Source: a virus (taxonomy: Duplodnaviria > Caudoviricetes). Taken from it: a DNA stretch of 64,000 bases. The notes beneath the pieces were generated by a model, which did no database searches, was not told the origin of the DNA, and worked only from the letters and a program-made list of their open reading frames with translations. The translations under genes and the position numbers were made by a program. The number at the start of each line of letters is the position of its first letter. Positions within the stretch are counted from its first letter, which is position 1. This document shows, piece after piece, positions 47,544-57,956 of the stretch. The stretch lies in the IMG/VR virus record IMGVR_UViG_3300021960_000017; one strand, written 5' to 3'.

Positions 47544-48224
47544 ATGATAACAGAACAATTTGCTTATGGTAGTTTAAAGCGTAAAAGCGTAGACGGCCAA
47601 AGATTGTACACTACGCCTGACGGTTTAGCAGTGCCCAGTGTTACAACAATACTAGATAAAACAAAACCAGAACAAGCAAAGCAAGCTCTGCGTGAGTGGA
47701 AAAAGCGAGTAGGTGAAACAAAGGCTGCTGAAATTACTAAAGAAGCAGCAGGCAGAGGCACTCGTATGCATGCCTATTTGGAGCAGTATGTTAAAGAAGA
47801 TAACATAAGTGAACCCGGTAGTAATCCATATAGTCAGCAAAGTTACAAGATGGCCAACATTATTGTGGAACAAGGCTTATGCAATGCTGATGAATTTTGG
47901 GGCACAGAAGTCCCACTTTACTTTCCACAAGTATATGCTGGCACTACGGACTGTTTAGGCGTTTACAACGGCAAACCTGCAATCATTGACTTCAAGCAAA
48001 CAAACAAGCCCAAAAAGACTGAATGGATAAGTGATTACTTTATGCAGTTATGTGCATATGCTGATGCTCACAATGAAGTATATGGAACTGATATTGAGCA
48101 AGGCGTTATACTAATGTGTAGCAAAGATTTCCAATTCCAAACCTGGGTTATAGAAGGAGAAACCTTTCAAGACTACAAACGTCAATGGTGGACACGAGTA
48201 GGCGAATACTACGGCGCAAACTAA
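47544..48224 (+). CDS. PD-(D/E)XK exonuclease
   Basis: PSVTTIL, RGTRMH, EVPL, YAGTTD, IIDFKQT, QLCAY. Confidence 0.88.
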   Translation: MITEQFAYGSLKRKSVDGQRLYTTPDGLAVPSVTTILDKTKPEQAKQALREWKKRVGETKAAEITKEAAGRGTRMHAYLEQYVKEDNISEPGSNPYSQQSYKMANIIVEQGLCNADEFWGTEVPLYFPQVYAGTTDCLGVYNGKPAIIDFKQTNKPKKTEWISDYFMQLCAYADAHNEVYGTDIEQGVILMCSKDFQFQTWVIEGETFQDYKRQWWTRVGEYYGAN

Positions 48225-48251
48225 TAAATAACATATATTAGGAGTTTAGCC

Positions 48252-49823
48252 GTGGCTGTAGTACAAATTTCCAGAATACAACACCGCAGTGGTGTCTATG
48301 AAAACTTACCTCAACTCGCAAGAGGTGAGATAGGTTTGGCTGTGGACACACGTCAGGTTTATATTGGCAACGGTGGCAGTGATGCTCCAACTACAGAAAA
48401 TTTAGAAATCCTAACAAGTCGTAGTGATGTTCTAGCACTTGCTGATACCTATACATACAGTGATGTTCAAATTGGATTTAGTGCCCAAACAGGTGTTAGT
48501 GCACTTACTCCTATTACTAGAACACTACAAAATAAACTTGATGACTTTGCGAATGTAAGAGATTTTGGTGCAGTAGGTGACGGCGCAACAGATGATACTG
48601 CGGCTATTAACCGTGCACTTTATGAACTTTTCTCTAGAGAAACAGAAAAAAGAATACGCAGAGCACTGTATTTCCCAGGTGGTGATTATCTAGTAAGCAA
48701 CGAAATTAAAATCCCAACTTATGCCAAACTAGTTGGCGAAGGACCTGACAGTACAATTATTCGTAGCAATGACTCAACAGGGCCAGTAGCACAGTTTGCA
48801 GATAGTTTACAGCAAATTGATGCAAGTGTAGGATCAAGTAGTGCTACACGTCCAAGTTTTATTACTGTAGAAGGTATTACCTTTAAAGCAGACAATGATA
48901 TTGATGTTTTTAAAGTAGATCAAGCAAGTAATGTTCATTTTATAAATTGTGTATTTCAAGCTAACAAAACCACTGCACCTATTACAGTGGGCAATCAAAA
49001 GGCCTGTGTTAGACTTACAAGCAGTGCAAGTTATCAAACAGAGTTTGTAACATTTAGAAACTGTACACTACAAGGGCAAAGTTTTATTGTGATAGCAGAT
49101 GACGATATGAAGAATGTATTGTTTGATGGTTGTAAAATGGTTACAGCCTTCAAAGGTATGAAGATTGGCGAAACAATAACAGGCAGTGCTCCAAGTATTA
49201 TTGGTCCTAAAAGCATGAAGGTTATCAACACTCTTTTTGATGACATCTACAACAATGCTATTCACATTTACAGCACTATTAGAGGATTTGTTAGTAGCAA
49301 TAACATCTTTAAGGATTGTGGCAACAATGGACTTGGCAGCGGCAACCCTAATCATGATGTAATACTTTTTGCAGGCCAAGGCTGTTACAGTTTTGGTGAT
49401 AGTTTTGACAGACCAGACGTTGATGTAACTAGCACAACTAGAAAAATAGATCATGGTGCTAGAAACATCGCTACCGAAGACGATACCCTACAGGTAGGTT
49501 CACATATTAGACGCACTCAAGCCAACATAACACTTGCTAATAATACTACAGCAAGCACTGGTGTAACATTTGCTGACAATGGTGACTATTATGCAATTGA
49601 AATAGACTATTACATAAGCAGAAACAGCAAGTTTAGACAGGGCAAACTTACTATTACACATGATAGTTCAGCACAAGTACTTGATGATGATTTTAACGAA
49701 AATAATGGTGATGTAGGCGTAACATTTGCTTTATCCAATGCTGCTAATGTAACAACATTAAATTATACAACTGATAACCAAACAACAGGTACAGTGTACC
49801 TCACTACAAGAATAATAAGATAA
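48252..49823 (+). CDS. tail fibre/tailspike: Mtd_N-like head + pectin-lyase-like beta-helix
   Basis: ISRIQHRSG...LPQLARGEIG; NVRDFGAVGDGATDDTAAINRAL, LYFPGGDY. Confidence 0.85.
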   Translation: MAVVQISRIQHRSGVYENLPQLARGEIGLAVDTRQVYIGNGGSDAPTTENLEILTSRSDVLALADTYTYSDVQIGFSAQTGVSALTPITRTLQNKLDDFANVRDFGAVGDGATDDTAAINRALYELFSRETEKRIRRALYFPGGDYLVSNEIKIPTYAKLVGEGPDSTIIRSNDSTGPVAQFADSLQQIDASVGSSSATRPSFITVEGITFKADNDIDVFKVDQASNVHFINCVFQANKTTAPITVGNQKACVRLTSSASYQTEFVTFRNCTLQGQSFIVIADDDMKNVLFDGCKMVTAFKGMKIGETITGSAPSIIGPKSMKVINTLFDDIYNNAIHIYSTIRGFVSSNNIFKDCGNNGLGSGNPNHDVILFAGQGCYSFGDSFDRPDVDVTSTTRKIDHGARNIATEDDTLQVGSHIRRTQANITLANNTTASTGVTFADNGDYYAIEIDYYISRNSKFRQGKLTITHDSSAQVLDDDFNENNGDVGVTFALSNAANVTTLNYTTDNQTTGTVYLTTRIIR

Positions 49824-49829
49824 TAATAT

Positions 49830-50300
49830 ATGTGGTATGCAGATCCCCAGTCTAGGATTCTAGACTGGTTTAAATTTCGCCAATCCCTGGACATTATGTC
49901 TGAATATGAGGCAGTTTGTGCTACTAATAAATTGTATCACACTGCTCCTATTAGTAATAGATACTATCATTTTGATTTTCCTGAGGAATGGCCTGATCCC
50001 TGGGAATTAATTGTGGAAAATCATTACGATGATATTGCAAGAGCACTAGGAATGTTATATACTTTAAGATATAGTAGGCATGAGTTGTCCGGTGAGCTTA
50101 GATGCTACTCAGACAAAAACCACAGTAAGGAATATAATTTAGCATGGTTGTGCGAAGGAAAATATGTACTTAATTACGATCTCGGAGTTGTCGTAAATAC
50201 TAACATCGAACTTAAAGAATTAAATTTAAAAGCAAGAGTAACTCTAGAGGAACTAGTAGGAAATGAGTCAAATTCAAGTAACAAAAAGGAATGGTCGTAA
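49830..50300 (+). CDS. hypothetical protein
   Basis: 156-aa ORF. Confidence 0.7.
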   Translation: MWYADPQSRILDWFKFRQSLDIMSEYEAVCATNKLYHTAPISNRYYHFDFPEEWPDPWELIVENHYDDIARALGMLYTLRYSRHELSGELRCYSDKNHSKEYNLAWLCEGKYVLNYDLGVVVNTNIELKELNLKARVTLEELVGNESNSSNKKEWS

Positions 50301-52551
50301 AGAACCTTTAGACCTAGAAAAGTTACACAAAGTTGTATTTTATGCATGTAACGGTATTACAGGCGTTAGTGCAAGTGAAGTAGAAATCCGCAGTCATTTA
50401 CAATTTTTTGATGGTATTGAAACCAGCACTATACAAGAAACACTTATAAAGAGTACAGCAGATCTAATCAGTGAAGAAACTCCGGGATATCAGTATGTTG
50501 CTGGCAGACTTATTAACTATCACCTACGCAAAATGGTTTATGGGCAGTTTGAACCATGGCCACTATATAAACTCGTAAAGCGCAATGTAGAGACTGGTTT
50601 TTACGATCCAGCATTACTTGAAGATTATACTGAAGACGAGTGGAACGAATTAAACAATTATATTAAGCACGACAGAGATGAAAATTCAACTTATGCTGGC
50701 ATGGAACAGTGGCGCGGCAAATATCTAGTAAAGAATCGTGTAACTAACGAAATATTTGAAACACCGCAAATGGCTTATATGTGTATTGCTGCTACCCTTT
50801 TTAGCAAGTATACAGAAAATCGTTTGCGTTGGGTAAAAGATTATTATGACGCTATATCTACTTTTTATATTAGCCTACCTACTCCTGTTATGGCTGGTGT
50901 ACGAACACCGCAAAGACAGTTTAGTAGTTGCGTGCTTATTGAAACTGACGACAGCCTTGATAGTATTAACGCCACTGCTAGTAGCATTGTAAAATATGTT
51001 AGCCAGAAGGCTGGCATTGGCATTGGTGCCGGCAATATTCGTGCTATCGGCAGTCCAATCCGCCGCGGCGATGCTTATCACACAGGTGTTATTCCTTTTT
51101 ATAAACTATTCCAGAGTGCTACTCGTAGTTGTAGCCAGGGCGGTGTACGCAACGGTGCTGCTACCCTATACTATCCTATCTGGCATTTGGAAGTTGAAGA
51201 CCTACTAGTACTTAAAAACAACAAAGGCACAGAAGACAATCGTGTACGCCATATGGATTACGGTGTGCAGTTTAATAAACTAATGTACGAGCGTTTAATC
51301 ACTGGCGGCAACATTACACTGTTCAGCCCAAGTGATGTGCCCGGCTTATACGATGCATTCTTTGCAGACCAGGATAGGTTCAAGGAGCTCTATGAAACTG
51401 CAGAACGCAATACCCGTTTGCGTAAAAAGACTGTAAGGGCTGCTGACCTATTCTCAGCGTTCATGGAGGAACGCAAAAACACTGGACGCATTTATCTAAT
51501 GAATGTGGACCATGCTAATGACCACGGCAGTTTTAAAGCAGATGTTGCACCTATTAAACAGAGCAACCTTTGCTGTGAAATTGACCTACCTACCAAGCCG
51601 CTGTCAGACTTCAATGATCCAGAAGGGGAAATTGCACTATGTACACTTAGCGCAATTAACTGGGGACTTATTAGGGATCCTAAAGATTTTGAGAAGCCTT
51701 GCACTCTAGCAGTGCGCGGATTGGATGCACTATTAACATATCAAAACTATCCTGTCAAGGCAGCGGAACGTGCTACTATGCTACGTCGCCCATTGGGTAT
51801 TGGTATTATCAATCTAGCATACTGGCTAGCACGTAATGATACAAACTACACTAATCCTAACCTAGAGCTAGTAGACGAATATGCAGAAGCATGGAGTTAC
51901 TATCTTATTAAGGCTAGTGCTGATCTTGCTGTTGAGCAGGGTGCATGTCCTGGAACTAACGAAACAAAATATGGTGATGGTATTACGCCTAACCAAACAT
52001 ACAAATCAGACCTGGACGAACTTGTAGCACACACTGAGCGCATGGACTGGACTGGGTTGCGTAAGCAACTAGCAGAAACAGGCATTCGCAACAGCACACT
52101 AATGGCACTTATGCCAGCAGAAACAAGTGCACAAATCTCCAACAGCACTAACGGTATTGAGCCTCCTCGTGCCTATGTAAGCGTAAAGCAAAGCAAGGAC
52201 GGTGTGCTAAAGCAAGTAGTGCCAGGTTATCCGCGTTTAAAGAATAAATACGAACTACTATGGGATCAGGAGTCACCTGAAGGTTATCTAAAGATTATGG
52301 CTGTACTACAAAAGTACATTGACCAGGGTATTAGTGTTAATACCAGTTACAATCCTACCTTCTTTGATGACGAAAAGATTCCAATGAGTACTATGTTAAA
52401 GCACCTTATCATGTGTTATAAGTATGGTCTCAAGCAGTTGTATTACTTCAACACCTACGATGGTGCAGGTGACGATGTAGCGGAAAAGGAACAAATCAGC
52501 ATTGAACTATCTGAAATAGACGATGCAGATTGTGAAAGTTGTGTAATTTAG
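50263..52551 (+). CDS. nrdA: class Ia ribonucleotide reductase alpha subunit
   Basis: ATP cone (VTKRNG), PTPVMAG, SSC, SNLCCEI, LMPAETSAQI, CESC C-terminus. Confidence 0.97.
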   Translation: MSQIQVTKRNGRKEPLDLEKLHKVVFYACNGITGVSASEVEIRSHLQFFDGIETSTIQETLIKSTADLISEETPGYQYVAGRLINYHLRKMVYGQFEPWPLYKLVKRNVETGFYDPALLEDYTEDEWNELNNYIKHDRDENSTYAGMEQWRGKYLVKNRVTNEIFETPQMAYMCIAATLFSKYTENRLRWVKDYYDAISTFYISLPTPVMAGVRTPQRQFSSCVLIETDDSLDSINATASSIVKYVSQKAGIGIGAGNIRAIGSPIRRGDAYHTGVIPFYKLFQSATRSCSQGGVRNGAATLYYPIWHLEVEDLLVLKNNKGTEDNRVRHMDYGVQFNKLMYERLITGGNITLFSPSDVPGLYDAFFADQDRFKELYETAERNTRLRKKTVRAADLFSAFMEERKNTGRIYLMNVDHANDHGSFKADVAPIKQSNLCCEIDLPTKPLSDFNDPEGEIALCTLSAINWGLIRDPKDFEKPCTLAVRGLDALLTYQNYPVKAAERATMLRRPLGIGIINLAYWLARNDTNYTNPNLELVDEYAEAWSYYLIKASADLAVEQGACPGTNETKYGDGITPNQTYKSDLDELVAHTERMDWTGLRKQLAETGIRNSTLMALMPAETSAQISNSTNGIEPPRAYVSVKQSKDGVLKQVVPGYPRLKNKYELLWDQESPEGYLKIMAVLQKYIDQGISVNTSYNPTFFDDEKIPMSTMLKHLIMCYKYGLKQLYYFNTYDGAGDDVAEKEQISIELSEIDDADCESCVI

Positions 52552-52560
52552 GGGAAGAAA

Positions 52561-53733
52561 ATGGCAGTATTGGACACAGACAACAGAGACCACAAAAACA
52601 GAAAAAGTTTTTTAGACGGCAATGTGGGCGTACAACGCTATGACGATGTAAAGTATCGTGCGTTTGACAAACTTACTGACAAGCAACTTGGTTTCTTCTG
52701 GCGTCCTGAAGAGGTAGATATTTTGCGTGATGCAAAAGACTTTAAAGAACTTACTGATCACGAAAAGCATATCTTTACTAGTAACCTAAAGCGTCAAATC
52801 CTACTAGACAGTGTGCAAGGACGCTCACCTAACCTTGCGTTTCTTCCACTAGTAAGTTTACCAGAACTAGAAACATGGATTGAAACCTGGGCATTTAGTG
52901 AAACTATTCACAGTCGCAGTTACACACATATTATTCGTAATGTGTATGCTGATCCGAGCAAGGTGTTTGACGAGATGTTAGACATCCAAGAGATTGTAGA
53001 TTGTGCAGACGATATTACACGGCACTATGATGATTTAGTTCGTATGGCTGGCTGGTACAATTTACTGGGCGTTGGTAAGCATCTTGTTGTCAGCGGCAAA
53101 GAACACGATACTTCCAAAGTAAACGGTAACTTCAGCAACGTTGCAACAGAGATCAATGTTGATTTGTATGAACTAAAAAAGAAGTTATGGCTTACACTAA
53201 TGAGTGTAAACATTCTAGAAGGTGTTCGCTTTTATGTAAGTTTTGCTTGCTCGTGGGCATTTGCAGAACTTAAGAAGATGGAAGGCAACGCCAAGATTAT
53301 TAAGTTTATCGCTCGCGACGAAAATGTGCATTTGGGTAGTACACAACAATTATTAAAACTATTGCCCAAAGAAGATCAAGACTTTGCAAAGATTGCTGAT
53401 GAAACATTGGAAGAATGTGTACAAATGTTTGTAAGTGCAGTTGAGCAGGAAAAGCGTTGGGCAGAATACTTGTTTAAAGACGGCAGCATGATTGGCTTGA
53501 ATGCACAACTACTAAGTCAGTATATTGAATGGATTGCTAACAAGCGTATGATTGCCATTGGTATCAAGAGTCCATTTAATGTTCCACAGGCTAGCCCACT
53601 TCCCTGGACACAGAAGTGGATCAGTGGCGGCGAAGTACAAGTAGCACCACAGGAAACAGAAATTAGCAGTTATATTATTGGTGGAACTAAACAGGATGTT
53701 GAAGAGAACACCTTTAGTGGTCTTAGTTTATAA
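52561..53733 (+). CDS. nrdB: class Ia ribonucleotide reductase beta subunit
   Basis: FFWRPEE, LLDSVQGR, ETIHSRSY, EGVRFY, RDENVH, APQETEISSY. Confidence 0.97.
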   Translation: MAVLDTDNRDHKNRKSFLDGNVGVQRYDDVKYRAFDKLTDKQLGFFWRPEEVDILRDAKDFKELTDHEKHIFTSNLKRQILLDSVQGRSPNLAFLPLVSLPELETWIETWAFSETIHSRSYTHIIRNVYADPSKVFDEMLDIQEIVDCADDITRHYDDLVRMAGWYNLLGVGKHLVVSGKEHDTSKVNGNFSNVATEINVDLYELKKKLWLTLMSVNILEGVRFYVSFACSWAFAELKKMEGNAKIIKFIARDENVHLGSTQQLLKLLPKEDQDFAKIADETLEECVQMFVSAVEQEKRWAEYLFKDGSMIGLNAQLLSQYIEWIANKRMIAIGIKSPFNVPQASPLPWTQKWISGGEVQVAPQETEISSYIIGGTKQDVEENTFSGLSL

Positions 53734-53810
53734 TGAAGACCCTAGTGTTAGGCGGACTAATAGTAGTCTGGATGATGGCTCTATTAGTAATAATTCATTT
53801 CCATGCATGA
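53733..53810 (+). CDS. 25-aa hydrophobic peptide (not in ORF track)
   Basis: MKTLVLGGLIVVWMMALLVIIHFHA; TAATG coupling to nrdB. Confidence 0.45.
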   Translation: MKTLVLGGLIVVWMMALLVIIHFHA

Positions 53811-54255
53811 AATAGAAGACTGGATATTAAACTTTTTGAGTAAACCCAATAGTGCTTTTGCAGGGATGCCTCCTTGTCCTTATGCAAAACGAGCATGGTT
53901 AGATGATAAGGTTATAGTGCATAAAATTTATCCATGGAATATAGAAGACGCTCTGCGTTGGACCTTAACTTACTTTCCACCTGACAAAGATGTAGTTCTG
54001 TTTTGTATGGATCCAAAACTCATTTCTGCAGAGCATCTTGAAAAACTTGCAATAAGTACTGATGACTATATTATTTTAGACGACCATCCTGCTAATCCTG
54101 AAGTTGTAGATGGAGTCTTGCTTAATCAAGGAACATATGCTATACTATTTGTACAGCGTAGGAAAGAATTAGAAAAGGCACGTCAAGAACTTTCCCAAAC
54201 AAATTATTATAAAAATTTTACAGAAGAGTATAAAAACGACGTAGTAAATAGATGA
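53803..54255 (+). CDS. DUF1415-like protein
   Basis: WI..FL...PPCPYAK and DDHP resemble the CPFAK/FHP motifs of DUF1415. Confidence 0.55.
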   Translation: MHEIEDWILNFLSKPNSAFAGMPPCPYAKRAWLDDKVIVHKIYPWNIEDALRWTLTYFPPDKDVVLFCMDPKLISAEHLEKLAISTDDYIILDDHPANPEVVDGVLLNQGTYAILFVQRRKELEKARQELSQTNYYKNFTEEYKNDVVNR

Positions 54256-54686
54256 CATTATATGCATATATTGATTTAACAGAAACAAACTATACTCCAC
54301 AACTTGAATATGAAATACTACCAAAGGACACAGATCCTGTTCCATTGTTAGAAATATACAAACAGTATTGTAAGCATAAAGAGTTTGAGAGTGCGTGGCC
54401 TATGTTTGCAGAAGAATTTGCAGCACCTCATAATGACATAATTGCATATAGAGTTAAAGATAAGATTGTAGCGTGGAGTTTGATATACAAGATTGCAAAA
54501 GACACTGTATGGAATATGCAATTTGCTTGGGACTACAAACAACCCAAATTAAAACTAGGCTATAAAAGTATAAGAACAGAGTGTGCCATTTATAGGGAAC
54601 TTGGATATAAAACTATGATGATAGATGATGACGTTCCTTATAAAGCAGAGTTACAAGGCTTTAAAATTTTTGGACCTATAAAATGA
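54252..54686 (+). CDS. Arg/Leu-tRNA-protein transferase (ATE_C)-like GNAT
   Basis: AYRVKDKIVAWS...FAWDYKQPKLKLGYKSIRTECAIYRELGY resembles ATE FYDP..LSLG....EI..A...G. Confidence 0.5.
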   Translation: MTLYAYIDLTETNYTPQLEYEILPKDTDPVPLLEIYKQYCKHKEFESAWPMFAEEFAAPHNDIIAYRVKDKIVAWSLIYKIAKDTVWNMQFAWDYKQPKLKLGYKSIRTECAIYRELGYKTMMIDDDVPYKAELQGFKIFGPIK

Positions 54687-55003
54687 ACGTATATACAATA
54701 TACGCAGATCTTACAGAAGGTGCAAATGTAGACGACTTTTTGTCTAGCATCAAAGAGTTCTTTGGAACTCTGGACACACTTGTTGCCTATCGTATCACAC
54801 GAATGAAACTGGGATTTCGCAGCAAAGATATAGGCGAGTGGCGTATAGATATGGAATTCAAAACCATGCAAGACCTAGATGATGCTATGGAACGTGTTTT
54901 ACACAATAGGAAGACAGTGGACAGTCATATACATTTTACACAGTATATAGATGCTGACAGTCTAGATCATTTTTTATACAGGGACTTTCCAGATGAAGTA
55001 TAA
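54683..55003 (+). CDS. DUF6614-like protein
   Basis: YRITRMKLGF...EWRIDMEF...DLDDA. Confidence 0.55.
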   Translation: MNVYTIYADLTEGANVDDFLSSIKEFFGTLDTLVAYRITRMKLGFRSKDIGEWRIDMEFKTMQDLDDAMERVLHNRKTVDSHIHFTQYIDADSLDHFLYRDFPDEV

Positions 55004-56198
55004 CATCTGGAACAAATGGGACCCGCTTAAGGTTGTAATGTTAGGCGACAACTGGGGTCCTGAATTTTTCCAAGGTATTAAAGATGATAGGATTCGTAGT
55101 CCATTACAGCAAATAGCAGAGGAAACTCTAGAAGAACTAGCATATTTTGAAAGTGTACTTAAAGACTTTGGCTGTACTGTTCTTAGACCTGTAATAGACA
55201 GAAACGATCGTATCGAGAATTATGTAAGTGAAAACGGAAAAATAAACGGTGGTGTTCCGCGTACCGCATTACAACCAAGAGATAGTCAAATAGTAAGTGG
55301 AAATGTTTTATATAGTGAATTTACTGACAATCCAGGAATAGTACAAGGATTAAAACAATACGGCGAAGTTAACCCTTTTTTAGACCAGCAGGATATTCAA
55401 CTTATTCTTCATAATAATCCTATGGATCAAGATCAATTTGATCGACGTGCTGGCGCCGATTACCCTACATATGAATATTATTTAGAAAATAGAAAAGACA
55501 AAAATAAATTTTTAGATTATGTTTGGGAAGAACTTAATAGTTTTGTTGATTTAGAAGGGATGCCTACTAGTGCAAACTCTTTTTTAATTGGTAAAGACAT
55601 ATATGTAGATTTTAAGTGCCCGCTACCCTATAGAATCTTAGAGAAGATTTTTCCAGATATCCGCATAAATGTTTTATCGCATGGCCATACCCACGCTGAT
55701 GCTTGTTTTCATCCTATTAAACCAGGAGCAATTTTAAGCATTACAGATTTCCAAAACTATGAAGAAACATTTTTTAATTGGGATGTTTGTTATTTAAAGG
55801 GTGAGAGTTGGGATAAAGTTAAGGGGTTTATAAAGTTAAAGAAAGAAAATCTTGGAGCATGGTGGGTTCCTGGTGCTGAAGATAATCCACAGTTTTCTAA
55901 CTTTGTTAATAGTTGGCTAGATGAATGGGTTGGATATGTTGAAGAATCAGTATTTGATGTTAATGTATTAGTGTTAGATGAACATCATGTTTGCGTTAAC
56001 AACATGGAAAATCCGCAACTATTAGAGTTTTTAAAAAAACATAAAATGGAGCCTATTCACATTCCCTGGAAGCATAGATATTTCTGGGACGGTGGATTAC
56101 ACTGTATTACTTTAGATTTATACAGAGAAGGTGTACAGCAAGACTATTTCCCTGATCGTAAACAACCAATAGTCCAAAAGGAATTAGTAAATTGTTAA
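54993..56198 (+). CDS. amidinotransferase (glycine/inosamine-P type)
   Basis: WNKWDPLK, LQPRD, HAD, FDVNVLV, WDGGLHC (catalytic Cys). Confidence 0.88.
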   Translation: MKYNIWNKWDPLKVVMLGDNWGPEFFQGIKDDRIRSPLQQIAEETLEELAYFESVLKDFGCTVLRPVIDRNDRIENYVSENGKINGGVPRTALQPRDSQIVSGNVLYSEFTDNPGIVQGLKQYGEVNPFLDQQDIQLILHNNPMDQDQFDRRAGADYPTYEYYLENRKDKNKFLDYVWEELNSFVDLEGMPTSANSFLIGKDIYVDFKCPLPYRILEKIFPDIRINVLSHGHTHADACFHPIKPGAILSITDFQNYEETFFNWDVCYLKGESWDKVKGFIKLKKENLGAWWVPGAEDNPQFSNFVNSWLDEWVGYVEESVFDVNVLVLDEHHVCVNNMENPQLLEFLKKHKMEPIHIPWKHRYFWDGGLHCITLDLYREGVQQDYFPDRKQPIVQKELVNC

Positions 56199-57358
56199 GA
56201 GAAAAGTATAACATATGGAACAAATGGGATCCGCTTAAAGTTTGTATGTTAGGCAACAATTATGCTCCAGAATTTTTTAACGGCCTTCCAGACAAAGCAG
56301 GCGATCCACTAAAGCGCATATGTGAAGAGACTCTTGAAGATCTTGCAGGATTTAAAAAAATACTACAAGACTTTGGAGTAGAAGTAATACAGCCAGAAAT
56401 GGATCCTAACGAACGCTTTATTGACAATCCTAGCCGGTATCCAAGAGGACCACTACAACCAAGAGATCGTCAAATTGTACTTGCAAACAAATGTTATATA
56501 AGCGGCAATGATCATCCTTCAATTAAAACATGTCTGGAAAATTATGGTGAAGTAACAGATATAAGAGATGTAGATATTCACGTTCCTTATTATATGACTA
56601 GAGAAAGATATGACTTTATTCGTGGAGATGATTACCCAAGTTATGAAGACTTTTTAGAACATAGAAAAAATAAAGATTTTTTTAAAGATTTTGTATGGGA
56701 GGAACTTTTAGAAGTTAAAATAGACCTATCTCTTGACAGTGCTAGTAGTTTTCCTCTTGGTGATAATTTTACTATAGGCATAGGATTTGAGAAAAATATA
56801 TTTTTTTCTCACATTATACAAGAAATGAAATATTATTACACAGTTTTAGATCATTTTCATTGTAAATTAGTGCCTGTAATTGGTCATTCAGATTCAAATT
56901 TCCATCCTATTAAGCCAGGTGCAATATTAAGTTTGCATGATGTCCAAAATTATGAGAAAAATTTTCCTGGCTGGGATGTTTGCTATTTGCCAGAACAGGG
57001 TTGGAGTAAAGTTGAATCTTTTTTAAAACTTAAAAGATTAAACAAGGGCAAATGGTGGGTAGCAGGCGAAGAGGATAATGATGAGTTTACACATTTTGTA
57101 GAAACATGGTTGCAGGATTGGGTTGGATATGTAGAAGAAACAGTGTTTGACGTAAATGTTCTAATGCTAGACGAAAATCATTGTTGTGTTTCTAACCCCA
57201 ATAACGAGCAAGTAAACGCATTTTTTAAAAAACATAAAATCGAACCTGTGCATATTCCTTGGCGACATAGATGGTTTTGGGATGGCGGGTTACATTGTAT
57301 TACATTAGAGTTATACAGAGAAGGTAAACAACAAAATTATTTCAAAGGAGTTTGTTAG
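56192..57358 (+). CDS. amidinotransferase, tandem paralog
   Basis: WNKWDPLK, LQPRD, HSD, FDVNVLM, WDGGLHC. Confidence 0.88.
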   Translation: MLREKYNIWNKWDPLKVCMLGNNYAPEFFNGLPDKAGDPLKRICEETLEDLAGFKKILQDFGVEVIQPEMDPNERFIDNPSRYPRGPLQPRDRQIVLANKCYISGNDHPSIKTCLENYGEVTDIRDVDIHVPYYMTRERYDFIRGDDYPSYEDFLEHRKNKDFFKDFVWEELLEVKIDLSLDSASSFPLGDNFTIGIGFEKNIFFSHIIQEMKYYYTVLDHFHCKLVPVIGHSDSNFHPIKPGAILSLHDVQNYEKNFPGWDVCYLPEQGWSKVESFLKLKRLNKGKWWVAGEEDNDEFTHFVETWLQDWVGYVEETVFDVNVLMLDENHCCVSNPNNEQVNAFFKKHKIEPVHIPWRHRWFWDGGLHCITLELYREGKQQNYFKGVC

Positions 57359-57631
57359 TTGTTAACACTATACACAAAAAATTTATGCCCTTATTGCGAT
57401 ATGGCTAAAACATATCTACTTGCTTATGAAATTCCCTTTACAGAAGTAAACATTGAAGAAGATACTGAAGCACGAGAGTTTGTATTAAGCAAAGGCCATC
57501 GCACAGTGCCACAGATATACCGAGACGGAGAATTATTTGTTGAGGGCGGCGCTGAAGGCTTGATTAAAGTAGGTCATGAAACTATCAAAGAGCGTTTAGG
57601 TGATTTAAATCTAGGCGGCCTAAGTCTCTGA
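57359..57631 (+). CDS. glutaredoxin (NrdH/Grx-like)
   Basis: CPYC, RTVPQI, GG; TTG start; near nrdAB. Confidence 0.9.
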   Translation: MLTLYTKNLCPYCDMAKTYLLAYEIPFTEVNIEEDTEAREFVLSKGHRTVPQIYRDGELFVEGGAEGLIKVGHETIKERLGDLNLGGLSL

Positions 57632-57668
57632 ATAATAGTAGCAGTTAATTGTACGGATAAATATTAGC

Positions 57669-57953
57669 ATGGCAAGACCTGTAGTAAGAATCGGTGACAG
57701 AAATAGTGCTGGCGGCGTAGCAGTTAGTCCAGTGCGTAATGTGCATGCTAATTTTAGACCTTTTGCAAGGTTTATGAGTAGTGTAACACCTCACCCCCCA
57801 TGTCCTAGAGTTCCAATCCACTGTGGCGCAAAAGCAGCATTGCCAGGCAGTAGAACAGTTCGTGCTGGTGGCAGACCTGTTGTTAGACGTGGAGATGTAG
57901 ACACTTGTGGACACCCTAGAGCATCAGGTTCTAGAAACGTCTTGTGTGGATAA
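57669..57953 (+). CDS. PAAR-repeat spike-tip protein (T4 gp5.4-like)
   Basis: VRIGD, PHPPC, GSRTVRAGGRPVVRRGD..TCGH, GSRNV; ATG 5 nt after TAAATA. Confidence 0.9.
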   Translation: MARPVVRIGDRNSAGGVAVSPVRNVHANFRPFARFMSSVTPHPPCPRVPIHCGAKAALPGSRTVRAGGRPVVRRGDVDTCGHPRASGSRNVLCG

Positions 57954-57956
57954 TTA

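Noticed and set aside
50263-53733. Intein or intron in nrdA/nrdB
   Set aside because: Both ORFs are continuous and of normal length; the ~17-aa extra loop in NrdB (GKEHDTSKVNGNFSNVAT) has no splicing motifs
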